This document shows, piece after piece, positions 35,603 through 47,650 of a DNA stretch of 64,000 bases. Numbering within the stretch: the first letter of the stretch is position 1; every line of letters begins with the position of its first letter. Source of the stretch: Hyphochytrium catenoides (Eukaryota > Protista > Hyphochytriomycota); the NCBI GenBank assembly GCA_900088475.1, contig FLMG01000016.1, positions 1-64,000 on the forward strand, in the 5' to 3' direction. The translations under genes and the position numbers were made by a program. The notes beneath the pieces were generated by a model, which had not been told where the DNA came from, ran no database searches, and saw nothing but the letters and a program-made list of their open reading frames with translations.

Positions 35603-36868
35603 CTAAGCGTGTGCTTGTTGCGTGCTGTACTTGCTTCTTACTCCATATCCCGACTGGAAATGGCTCTCCTGTTCATCCTCTGAAACCAGCACCTCAGTTG
35701 GAATAAACTCTGTGAACCCGATATCTTCCCGACGAGGTTGCCTACTGCTGCCACCTCCGCGGCGACTTGTCTGTTGGCGCGATCGTTGGCCACTAGTAGC
35801 AGTTCCTCCGTGATTGTTCGTCCGAATTGTCTCATCATCGTTCTCTGTTCTGGCTGGAATCTTCCAGAAGATCCACGTGCAGATGCAAATAACGGCAGCT
35901 TCAATTGGCATATCTGGCGGATAGATCATGGCACGGTTCAGGGACTCACAGCCTCCTTCGCGCTGCTGCTTTGTATTGACACAGAACTGGTAGTTTGCCC
36001 ACTCATCATCCTCGAACTTCTCGTCGTCCAGAAGAATATCCAACGCAGCGCCCAGTGCCAGACCCGCCACCACCATGCCGATAACCACCAGGACCAGCAC
36101 AATCTTGGCAATCTTGGAAGTTTCTCTGTACCGCTTAACAATCGCACCCCAAAGACCCTTGGGCGCCGAGGCACCCTCTTGTCCTGCGGATTGCCTTCCA
36201 GCGTCAAGCAAAGACGAAGGCTGGTTCTTGTTGTTCTCATTCTTGAGAGCGTTCCGAATCCTTTGATCCAGAATATATCCAGAGAACAGCGCGTACATGA
36301 TGAGCATTACCGTCAAACCGCTGAGAACTCCAAACATGTAGCCTTGGGACCGGTAACCAGGTCCGAAGGGGTCGCTGGAGGCGAAGACCACGAGACAGAT
36401 AAGGTCCACCCAGGTCATTAGCACTAGGAATATGCCCACTCTTTTAAGCCACACTGTTGCTAGAATAGAGGCAGCAAAGCTTCGAGCAAGAGAGAGCCAG
36501 ACCAGGAGAATAACATAGACAATGGTATAGAGGAAGCCCATACAGGCAAACTCTAGCAGGTAGTATGCCCAGCGTGGTAGAAGATTTCCCAAAGCAAGTG
36601 GGTCAATGCCGCGAAGGATGATGGTCAAGGAGCTCAGGAACAGTAGGGTGTAGACATATCGCTGCAGAGAGGCACCATTCTGGACCACTCTGCACATTTG
36701 GTAACCCGTCAGGGAAGTGACGGCAATGCCAAGGAAAACCGTCACGACTCGCCAGATGATGTACTTGTTACCCATTCCAGGCGCATCGCGGAAGAGGATG
36801 TTGCACTTGGGCCAGTTAACAAAGGGAAAAGGACAGATATTGGGCTCGTAGTCGGAGGCGCTCTCCAT
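35603..36868 (-). CDS. 7-transmembrane receptor-like protein (paralog B)
   Basis: Intronless 421-aa ORF with seven TM helices. Shares LF.DAPGM..KY..WR.VT..LG, R..DP, MIYP...PI.AA.I....WIFWKIP and PTEVLV.E.E with 30221-31585. Confidence 0.8.
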   Translation of the reverse strand: MESASDYEPNICPFPFVNWPKCNILFRDAPGMGNKYIIWRVVTVFLGIAVTSLTGYQMCRVVQNGASLQRYVYTLLFLSSLTIILRGIDPLALGNLLPRWAYYLLEFACMGFLYTIVYVILLVWLSLARSFAASILATVWLKRVGIFLVLMTWVDLICLVVFASSDPFGPGYRSQGYMFGVLSGLTVMLIMYALFSGYILDQRIRNALKNENNKNQPSSLLDAGRQSAGQEGASAPKGLWGAIVKRYRETSKIAKIVLVLVVIGMVVAGLALGAALDILLDDEKFEDDEWANYQFCVNTKQQREGGCESLNRAMIYPPDMPIEAAVICICTWIFWKIPARTENDDETIRTNNHGGTATSGQRSRQQTSRRGGGSSRQPRREDIGFTEFIPTEVLVSEDEQESHFQSGYGVRSKYSTQQAHA

Positions 36869-37273
36869 GTCTCTTAACGTCCTGCTGACAGCTTTCTTCC
36901 TCTTTTTTTTTTCAAGATCCCACTGTCTTCTGTTCCCGCAGCTGCGGCTCTTATATCAGTAAACTCAGTAGTGCTTCGCAAGCTCGAAAGAAAGCTCAAA
37001 ACTCCTCTGCTGAACGGCAGCCCGTGACTTCACTCTTCAGATGGCGAGAGGGAGATTGTGAGCACCAGAGAGAGAAGCTCCAATTATCCCGTTGACGTGC
37101 TGCTTTCTTTCTGCGCCACCCTTAGCTTCGCGTTTCACTGTCTGACAATTGGACTCCCCAAAAAGAAGAGAGAGGGATCAGGCAGCCGCCGCTTTGTAGG
37201 CTCTAAGATGAGTGACCCTTCTCTCTTATTTCTCAGTGTGACCAGTCGCCACCTCTTCCGCTTCCTGCTCCCC

Positions 37274-37417
37274 CTTCTCTCTCTCCCTCTCACTTTCTCT
37301 CTCTCTCTCCTCTTGCCCCCCAACCTTTTTTCCTATTCCTGCCCCTACAGATCTCTCTCTGTCTGCCTGTCTCTCTATCTGTCTCTCTCTCTTTGTCTCT
37401 CTCTTTGTCTCTCTCTT

Positions 37418-37471
<54 letters not shown>
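37274..37471. repeat. (TC)n microsatellite including (CTCTCTCTTTGT)n units
   Basis: Long pyrimidine dinucleotide tract seen directly. Confidence 0.9.
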
Positions 37472-37474
<3 letters not shown>

Positions 37475-39821
37475 GTCGCTTCTCAATCTTCTCTTTCCGC
37501 TTCTCTCCTTGTCATCCTTTGATCTATGAAAGGTGGTCTGATTACCGGAGACACGACGATTCGTGGACAGCGCCCGGTGGCATGTGGATCCTGTGCAGAG
37601 AGTGCGTTATACGTTGTTAAATATCCTCCTAGCTAATTACTTTGCTTGATAGGAATGCGACAACATAAGGTTGAATTTAGCGCTTTACACTAACCTCAGA
37701 GGAAACGGTGCCCTGCCCCACCCTCCTGACCTCAAGCCGTGTGTTGACCTTTAACCCCAGCCCGACGGTGGGTGGGGCCGTCTGAGTACCCTCCGTAGAA
37801 TAGATATATAGGGTTGAGTTCGAGTAGGTCGGATGGGCAGGGCTGCTCGCCTCAGGATGGTATGTGGGGGGTCGGACGTCATGTGGGCGGAAGGGGGGAC
37901 GATACAGATACACCAGGATCATGGCTGAGGAGCATATCAAGAATAGGAAGCATTGATCCCTATTTTTAGAGTAATAAGCTCTTGTTATGTCAGGAATCTC
38001 TATGGGAATGTCTGTCCCAACCCCACCATTATATTAGCGCTCCCCTTTCTATGCCATTCTATGATCACTAACGCCACAAGCCCCAAGGCTAGGAAATGTA
38101 AGGCTTAGCGGTGCAGTAGGTGGCGGTGGGTAAAAGTGTAGAAATGTCCTCAAACTCTACTACTTACTTGGAAGGCATGGCAGGCTTTACTGTTTACCTT
38201 GGTACCAATTCTACTACTGCAGCCTTCAGATTGTTACTGTTTCTTTATTTTATTAGTAGAGGTTCCATTATTGTAGACTTAGGGGTTGGGCCACCGCCCC
38301 GCCCCATCAGCGACCCCATGAGAAAGATAAGCTTCAATCTTCAAAAAAGAAGATTTGCAATTTCCAGTCTCTTCTTCTTCGCACTTCTCCTCGACAGAGT
38401 TGTAAGAATAGGAGAGCGAGGAGGAGGTAGAACATTTGAACAGCAGGGACGGAGGAGGCTTGAGATATTTCCCTAATCATCTTCAGCAGCACGTTCTCTT
38501 CAACAGCAACAGTGAGCTCGTGGACAAGAGACTTCCGGTGGATCTTAAAAGGCTCGTGGTCCTCTCGTTCATCTTCGTCGAAGTAGTGCCACTCCTCCCA
38601 CTAATAGTTCTTTACTCGTTACAAACTTTAATCAAGCCACTGCTCCTTCTTCTCCCCACTCTTTGCCGCTGCTTGACCTCTCAACCCTCGACTAGCTACT
38701 ATTGCTACGCATATTATACCTCAACTCAATCATCATCTTCGGCTTTCCTTGGCTGCTGCCCATCAACTTTATGGAACATACCTTCCTTTCTCTTGTTCCT
38801 CTTCCGTCCTCTCCATTTCAGCTCGAGATGGAGATAAGAAGACGACGCTGCTCATACCACGGCCTCGTTACTGAAGCCCCTTCCTAGCAGCTTGCTTCAT
38901 CACCATGCTAGCTGCTGCTGATTGATCCCCATTCTCCTGCTCTCTAAGTAAAGTTCAGTTATTATCAGAACCAGCTCTTCTACCACCCGTAGAAGAATGT
39001 GGGGAATCCCCCAAGGCATTGTTCTTAGGTCCTCCTCGCCGTGTTGGACCCTCCCTTGCTATGTAGAACTGAGATGGTTAGATGGAGGAGAAAGTCCTTC
39101 TTCAATATTAGAAGGCGTCATTTTCATCGACGTCATGAAGACCAACACCTCTCCTTTGCTTCTTTTTTCCAATAAAGAAGAGTCCAGTTCATTTCCCCAC
39201 CACCTCTAGCAGTCCCTTTCGTCTTGTCAGCTGTGACGACTAGTCTCGTGTTATGTAGGATGCAACGGCTCTGTTTAAACGGGGCAGCCACTCATTAGGA
39301 AGAGTCACGACTCTTGATTTCAGAAAGGTCAGCAAGCAAAGGAGGTTTTGGTACGTCTCGCCCATAAAAATAGTCAATCTGGTCTTCCTATTATGGAGTA
39401 TTAGTTGCATCATATGTCTTGTCATCGGCCACACTCGTGGTGTGTCAACCTAACTACAAAGATAATAGAGCTGAAAGATAGAGCAAGGACCCATCACCCT
39501 TCTTACACCGTTGTAGACGGCAGCGAGCAAGAGCCAGAGTTACCTTGGATTGCATGCTTGCTAGCTCAGCTCTGCTCCTTAGGGAATTGGTCCTGTGTCT
39601 AAAGGTCCACAACCTTCAAATCGCGTAGAGTACGCATTAACGCGTACTAACAGTTGGCCTGCTTTAGCAACTAAGAGTTCTGCGGTCTCATTGCGAATTG
39701 CATCTGTCCTCTAAAATATCAGGGTCTGCAGGTTGCATCAGCTTTGTGGTGGTAACGGGGGAGACTCGAAACAACGCTTTCTTTAACCAGTCCGTCTGAA
39801 TGGAAACGCGCTTGTCCAGTG

Positions 39822-42800
39822 TTATGTGTGGGCGTACTCGCAGATGTGACTATAGGCGCAGAACCTGCAAGAAGAGAAAGACGGCCGAGCTGTCCAATCT
39901 TTTTGCCGTATAAGCTGGGCAGTTTCGTCAATGTAAACCATCAAGGTCTCTATCCCTTCGTCGTCTGGGACCCACTCTCCTGCATCCGAGGTCTCGATAC
40001 TACGCAGTAAGGCCTACAGAATGAAAGCTTTAGTTGTGAGATCAGAAGTCCTAGAACAGGAGAACTAAGATGACAAAGAAAATCCTGCCAGAGAGCTTTC
40101 CTTGTCTTCCTTTTACGTGCTTCCTATATATTCCTCATACTGTCTCTTTCTTGCAGGCCAAGTTCCACTCACTACATACGGCGTACCTTCGAAGGACGGT
40201 GGCCGTATACCTTTTCGTAAGCTAAGGAGTAGAGTTTTAACTGCAGACTCGACTTTGCCAATCGGGCGGGATCCGAACGGAGCCTTGACTTGTACTCTAC
40301 GATGCACACTTGACCTTCGTCTTCTTCTTCTACCAAGTCCCAGATGCCTTATAAATAGACGCAATGTCATCGAAATATGGACCACCAACCACTGTTGATA
40401 TAGAGAGCTTGTAAGAGCAAAAGGACGACAAGTGGCCCACCTGATATATCGACCGCTAAAGCAGGTAGGCTGAAGTGGAACGGCTGCTCTACTAATAGAA
40501 TCCTTCGGAACGCTTGTTCAGCACTTCTCCGACAAAAGGAATCTAGTGTCTTCCGTCCCATCTCCTGCAGCGAAGCCTTATGGGACTCGGAGTGGAAACC
40601 ACCTTCTGTCCACGCCTCCTCGTAAGCTTTCAGCACTACCTACCCTCACCGGGGGAAGTAAGCAGTTAGAGACAGGAGAGAGTACAGCAACCGCATGAAC
40701 GCCGCATGACTCACCTCAAGGTCTGGTACGTGGCCCGTCTCCTTCATGGCCTTATGATAGGAAGCTATGCCCTCGTGGAGAGCCTTGCCATAGACAAGCC
40801 ACTGGTTGGCCTTGAAATCAACTCCTAGCTTACGATAGAGAAAAAACTGGTAGGGGCAGCGGTGGTAAGCGTCCATCTGAGAGAATGATAGGCGCAATGG
40901 CTCTTGGTTGATGCTGCCCTGGGCGGACAATGATGGTCGATTGGCAAGTAGGTTCGTCTCACTCTGACAGGGCGGAATAGGGGTGGAATCCCGGGGAGTA
41001 GTGCTCGGATGAGAGTGTTGATTGAGCGAGAGAGAGAGATCGGCCAATAGCCTGCAAAGCAAGAGCGGCGGTCAGATTGCACGGACCCCAGTAAAACGGC
41101 CCTAGAGGGCAGCAGAAGGGCCTTAAGAAAGATGTCGCTCACCTGCTAGGCTTCAACCTGGTGCCCTCTTTCTCGAGAGAGCTGGTAATGATGACAGACT
41201 TACGCGCTGAAGCCATCACTTTTAGAAGGAGATTACGGTTCTGTCGAATAAAACTCACGCGTGACGGAGCTAACTGAACAGCGCAAGGGTAAGATATGGA
41301 TATTCCCGAGTAAGGCTTGTATAAGTAGAGCATCAACACTAGAAGAACAAAGGTTAATCGCAGAGTAGACAGGCAAACGGACATCTAGGATCAGTTTGAG
41401 GTGTCAAATAGGGACTTCCTCCTGCTGGAGAGGAATTCTTGAGGGAAAGTCCGGAGATATCAAGATGACAAGACCTACCACACGCAACCCGTCATCGAGC
41501 ACACTACCCGGCTCTAAAAGGTGCTTCCCTGCTAAAATGGGTGGCCTCATGAACCTTCCTGGCAAGTTCTTGTCTACTGCAGAGACTATAAATATAACGT
41601 CTGCCTCCATATCAACCGTATTCCTAAGTGTGGTCGATATAACCTCATCGGTTGTCCCATGAAGATAAGAGGAGACATAGACAAGCGAAGCATCGGAAGC
41701 TCGAAGTGGAGCACCGTCCTCTCGAAGAGCCAATAGGTCGGGGAAGAGTAGAGCTCCAGCTTTACCGGTAGCTGGACAGAAGGAGGTGGAGACGGTTAAG
41801 TCAATGATAAGAGAACCCAGAAGAGAGGGGAGTACTGCTAAAGAGAAGAGAATCAAGGAGACGGACGGAGCAGGGAGGCAGCGCCCCGTCGGTGGCGTTA
41901 CCTCTTTCAGCATTTGCCACAAGACCCAGAAAGTCGGCGACAGCGATAGAATTTTCTTCATCCTCTGCGCTTGCTGGAGCGTGAAGAGCAGGTAGCAATC
42001 CTGTTCTCTCTAGAAAAAGAATAATCTTTTCGCTACTGGACTTGCCTAGCACCTCGTCGGTCTCAAAGTAAGCCAGGTCTTCCAAGGCGCGCTTCACTGC
42101 CAGTCGATCATCATCTGAGAGGGGGAAAGGGTGCACGAGGCATATTATAGCAGGCGCTCCTCAGAAACTCTGTTTCGCGTGGTATCATCGGTTTGTTTGG
42201 GATATCCAGGTCATCCTGTCCCTGCTTCGTCACTCTCGCTTCCCCCTTAATCCTAATGTTCTTTCTGACTTGCCCCTTTGCCTCTTTTGCGTTCACACCG
42301 TCGCTCCTTGCAGCTCTACTAGTGCGCACTTAGTTACCTTGTTCTGTCGCAAATACGTAGTTCGATAGCCCTTCTCGCAGCGACGTTTGATTGGCATCAA
42401 AGTGCTGCAGAAATCTATTCATTCTGACCAGGGAGCAGCGATAGGCGGGAGAAGAGAGGAGGCCGTAAAGATGAGATGAGTCCATTGGCTGGTAGATAGA
42501 GCCCAGGAAGGACATGATCATCTTGACGTAGGGACTTGAAAAGGTCGTATGCACTGTGATCAAGAGTTTCTTAGTTATCTTCGAGGAAGAATTAGCGTAA
42601 TATCAGGAGAGGCAGAGCATGTGATAGCATAGATAAAGGGCACTCCCACACGGAAGGCGTAGTAAAACTAGGAGAGGACTCATGGAATTCTTACCGTAGT
42701 TCGACTTTATTGTGATTCCATCATTAGCTAACGCTTTGGTGAAGGATTGGAGCTCCATTCTAGAACTGCCGATTAAAGCCACCTGAAGTCCTTCCTGCAG

Positions 42801-44707
42801 CATGGTCTTGACTCTCCCCACCACATACTCCACCTCACGGTGGAACGTTGGGAATTCCCTGTGCTGAACTTGGGCTAGGCTCGATAGGGAAGAGTTAGGC
42901 AAGGAGGCAACCTTGGGTGGCCTCAGGCAGCGGTGCCCTGTGACGTTGATCTTGGCAATGGCCGAGATGGCGCTGGCAGTGGTTTGAAACGCTGTTGAAA
43001 GTATCTCTTGATGAACGTTGGAGCCACACTTTGCTGCAACGGCCTCTAACCAGCCTTCGCGGCACCCTACGGAGTCTAAACGAGTGGCAATGGGACATGC
43101 AAAAAGCATAAGACTGCTCTCTTCGCGTGCATCAGAACTTCGACTGAGTCGAGCGAGGACTTCAACTGCCACGGGGCTGACGTTTTCTAAGCCGTCTACG
43201 ACTATGTGTGGAAAGGTGTCGCTGACTTCTTCTAGCACATCGGGATGCTTCCTTAGCATTTCAGCAGTCTTATACACCATCCCCGTCCAACTCGAGAACT
43301 GGTGCTGGTCAAGCAGGGTGAGATATGCCTCATAGCATGCTGACAGCTCTTTCTGACCACCAAGATACTCAGTAGCCGCATCCAATGACCGAAAGTTAAG
43401 TGCCTCGGGCGCTGCACGATCTAAAATTTCAAAACACTGCTTTGGCGAAATGTTCTGGGCTTGCAGGTAGTCAAAGGTGGCAATTAATGCCCTTATCGAC
43501 CCGTCAGCAGCCAGTGGAGAGTAGAAGCTGCAAGTAGCACCCGTCAGGTCGTAGTCGTACCTCACCAGGAGGCACAATCAGGAAAGATACCGAGACCGAG
43601 CATCTAACGGGGCAATATAGCGGTGTGGGGACAAACAGGACGCTCGACAACAGTACCAAGAAATGGTGGTAAAAGTTAGAAGCAGAGGAGTATCCCAACA
43701 AAACTCACCGAGCTAAAGGAAGAGTGTGAATGTGTTGGTAGAGGAAGAGCTTAAGCTCGGTGCTGGAGATGGTATGATATCGAGAGGCATACTTTCCACC
43801 AGCCAGTGGGCCAAATTCTTCCAGAACTCTATCGCAGAATGAGAATATGGTATGGGCGGCTGGTGGTAACTGAGACGAATGGGAAGGAAGGGTGGCGCCC
43901 ACATTTTAGCAAGCAACGACAGAGTGGGAAGCGGCCAGAGATAGACAAATCTTTCCAACGGATAAGGCAAGCAGAGCGCCGACAACCGAAAATAGTCGAA
44001 GAAAGGTACTGAGAGAAGTGAAGCTTCATTGAGTGCGCTGGACAGAGTAAGAGGGGTAAGTCTGTTCATACATGTCAGAGTTGGTCAGGCGATGTTGCTG
44101 AACAGTGTTAGGTGATTGTTAGTACCTTTCCGTATGTGCCATTTAAATCTATAAGATGCTGAATCAAGGTGATCTCTGAGGAAGACGGGACTAACATCAG
44201 AGGCTCAGAATTGGTTGAGGAGTTCATCTCCGAGCACAAGCGAAGAAAGCGTGTGACAGCCGTGACGGTTTTGCCTGTTCTCGGAAAGCCATGCACCAGG
44301 ACTTTACCGGCGGGGTGATCTACAAGCTGAAGGACAACTCTAAATATTATCATAAATAGCGCTGGGAAGCAGAATGGGGATCAATAGAGAGACGTTCAAG
44401 AGCTAAATGGTCAATCCTAGAGGCAGCCTGCCTACAATGAACCAACCTTGCGCTGTGTCACAGTCAACTTCTCCTCCTGTAGCTTCAAACCTCGAGGATC
44501 CAGAAAGGAATAGGGCAAAGTAGAGAGGCATCTGTATACGTGCCTTCTATTCGATACGAATTCCATCCCTACAACGTCTTCGCGGCTCAGTTTCCCGAGA
44601 GTGAAGATGTGATCACCACATCGTGGCCATGGCCGTAGGGACCGTCGCCTTGACTTTGAGGCCTTTCGAGCGAAGAATTGACTCCGCAAAAAAGGCAGCA
44701 CGGCCAT
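39822..44707 (-). CDS. UvrD/AddB/AdnA-like superfamily-1 helicase fold (degenerate) fused to a C-terminal Fe-S PD-(D/E)xK nuclease; multi-exon, probable organellar presequence
   Basis: Walker A VLVHGFPRTGKT, Walker-B position HIVVDGLENVS, and RLKPSR near the end of the helicase fold. Nuclease region LSFSQMDAYHRCPYQF...YGKALH, LVEQPF, SG|IWD...IVEYKS...QLKLY, ending CRFCAYSHIC...HT* (stop 39822). Arg-rich N-terminus MAVLPFLRSQFFARKASKSRRRSLR. Confidence 0.85.
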
Positions 44708-45240
44708 TGCTCCTGAATCACTGGTTTCGACTTTCAACTCCAGTCATCGCCTTCAAAGCTGCCGCTCTTCGCCCTGCGTCTCCTCTCGTGATAAAGGCCT
44801 CATTGTTCCCATTTGACTGCCTCTTCGCAGAGATTTCCCGGAGCTCTAAACAGATTTCCGAAGCTCCGATAAGAATCCAAACACATGTCTTGAAGGAGCC
44901 TATATGGCCGGTAGCGGCTATCAAACTTGACCAAACTGTTAGACTTGACGAGTCGAAAGTGAAAATCACGTTTTGGACGGGCTTCCAAGCAACAGAATAG
45001 CGGAGCTGTACGTCACTCCTTCCCTGTTAATAAGATGTTGCCTTGGGCAAACTACTCCGCCAAGGCTATCAGTGCGTTAGCCGCTATTTTGTATCTAAAA
45101 TTTGTTGTTACTTAGTGGGAGTTTGTGGGAGAGTGAAGACTGAGAGAGTGACGAGACAGAGCAGGTGACAGACAACGCGAGTTGTAGAGATAGAAGCCTG
45201 ACTAACTAGCAGACAGTGACAAAACGATGTATATGAAACA

Positions 45241-45330
45241 GAGAGAGGGAGAGACCCAAGAAGGGAGAAGAGATAAACATTGACGGCTGTGTTGAGAGAC
45301 AGAGAGGGAGAGAGGGAGAGAGGGAGAGAT
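45241..45330. repeat. GA-rich tract in a divergent intergenic region
   Basis: gagagaggggagagacc...agagagggagagagggagagagggagag seen directly. Confidence 0.7.
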
Positions 45331-45647
45331 CAGGAGCAAGGCTGGAAGACCTTTCCAGAGATATTTTTGAGATCGCTGATGAATTTTGGAGGCTGAAGAG
45401 CCGATGACAAAAGCTCCTTTCAAGACCCTTAACGAGGTAGACACCGCACCAAGCACCTGCGGGGACTCTCAGCAGTGGGATTCTGCAGAGCTTCTTGCCT
45501 TTTGGGGCAGATCCCGGTGTATTTATCCTGAAAGAACGAAGGTTTTCTCCATAGACTACAAAAAGGACGGCTAAGCAAGGTCCACTTAACTGAAAAGACA
45601 AACTTCTGGTGGGCTGACCGTGCATTTAGGCGACGATATTAGGCATC

Positions 45648-47523
45648 ATGGCAGAGAAACCCAAGGCAGAGGTAGGGTTTGGCCTTCACCACCCTCTTTT
45701 CACTGATGTATGCAATCACTGTTTGACATACTTTCTGTACCACTAGGTGGAGTTGGATCCCAGCGACAGTTTGAGTTTCACATTGGTCGGTGGAACTGCA
45801 CCAGAGGCTACTTTACTCATTAGAAATGTATCCAGTGCCAAAGTGGCTTTCAAAGTCAAGACCACACAACCGAGGAGGTGAAGCATAACGGGATTCTTCG
45901 CCGTTCCTTGTCTTCTCTTAATCTAACTTTTACTCTACCGCCCGTGTAGGTACCTAGTGCGCCCCAATCAGGGCATGCTTGACCTCAACGCATCATCACA
46001 AATTACTGTCATCCTTCAGCAGAGGGACTGTGACGACTTGCTGGCTGCCGACCCCAGGTGAGACCTGCCAACAGATGGCAATTACATCTGCTAGGTCTAA
46101 AAGGTGTCCGCAAACTGGTGCGGTATACGATACAGGGACCGGGATCAGTCCAATGATAAGTTTCTGGTGCAGTCAATGGCTTTAGAGAATGACTTCTACC
46201 AAACTGTTGTGGACAAGACACCTAAGGTAATGAGGAAGGCAACAAAGCGTCTGAAAGTGGTATGGAAGCTCTAACACACCGAACTGACTAGGAGCAAGCG
46301 GATGATCTGGCGCAAATGTGGGCCAAGGCAAACAAGAAAGATCTGTCAAATAAGAAGCTTCGTTGTAGTTTTACATTGGTAGGTTCCGGTCCGCACTCGC
46401 TCTGTTCCTTTTTCTACCCCTCTATCCTGAGGAATAAGCATTGAAAATGAAGATGATGAGCGTTCCGGTCTCTCTTAGCTGCAAATTCTACATTCTCTCG
46501 GTCTCTCCTCACAATTAAAACGGGATCATGCAGCCTTCCAGTACTCGGCCTGACGCTCAGGCATCCGGAGAGGCTCCTCGCAAGACGGAGATGCTCAAAA
46601 ATGCTCTTCTAGCTGGGCAGCAGAATCTGACAGGAGAGTCTGGCAAGTCTGACGGAAGTCAGATGTTAAATGAGGTCGCTAGCCTAAGGAAGAAGTACGA
46701 CGAGGTACGCTTGTCATCGTGGCAACAGTCCCGTGCTCAGCTCTGGCTGTTCCACTTTCTCCAAACTGACAGTCCAAGTCCAAGGTTGAACGCTCGCCTA
46801 TCTTCGAATGCCTCATCACGTTGTTTTCCGGCCGTACGCTTTCTCTTACATTGTCGTGGTCTCTTCCAGCTTGTGGCATTCACAGTGCAGCTCACAGCTC
46901 AGCGGGATCAGCTAATGAACGATCTCGAAAAGTCAAAACAGAAGGCCTTGAAATATCAGGCAGAGGCAGAGAAAGCAAAAGGTAAAAATCTGTTAACAGC
47001 AGCCAGTAGTTCGCTAAGCTCTCTTCTCTTTGCGACAGAGTTACTTTCTTCCTTTCTTTCCTCATTTCCCTCTCTCTGGAGTTCTTGGTCCACGGGTGCA
47101 ATGGTTCCAGGACCGTCGACTACTCCTCTCGCTCGCTAGGGCAAGTCAATGACAATGCGGGCTGGGCTGACGTACATAGACTGTCTTGGTGCAGAAGATT
47201 GTTTCTCCGCTTTCTTCTTCTGACAACCAGTTCCCTACCTCTTCTGTCAACCTTCCCCATCTGAGTTGCTGCGTTTCACGCATCCTTGCAGAGTCAGGCC
47301 TTCGACAGAGGAATAGAGGTTCCACAGATATCTCCGCTGCGGCTACCAGTGACGCTGCGATGAAAAAAGGCCAAGTCGAAGCGGTACGTTCAGTGCAGCA
47401 TGTGGAGTGAGGCTTTCAGCTAACGGAGTTCTATTTGCAACTTGTCGTTTGCAGGGATTCAAGCTCTTCCATCTTATAGTTGCTGCCCTTTTCGCCTTCC
47501 TCATCGGAAAGTATCTGACCTAG
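45648..47523 (+). CDS. VAP: VAMP-associated protein (MSP domain, coiled coil, C-terminal TM)
   Basis: VAFKVKTTQPRR|YLVRPNQG and DKFLVQS MSP signatures, coiled coil LRKKYDE|LVAFTVQLTAQRD, tail anchor GFKLFHLIVAALFAFLIGKYLT*. Confidence 0.93.
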
Positions 47524-47650
47524 ATGCCGCCGAGTAACCACCACGGACCAAAAAAGACTAAGAAATATGGGAGAGAAAGGAGACACATTCTGTTCTATGA
47601 ACGTTTCATTGACGTATAAGCCGCTTGGCCGCACCCTAATATCCTAGAAC

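Noticed and set aside
37058-37620. Leu/Ser or Arg/Glu repeat ORFs (also at 6902-7288, 15499-15923 and 57272-57734)
   Set aside because: Translations of GA/TC microsatellites.
37615-37938. Solo LTR (TG...CA with a weak terminal inverted similarity)
   Set aside because: No target-site duplication, no second copy, and no PBS/PPT or retroelement ORF recognised.
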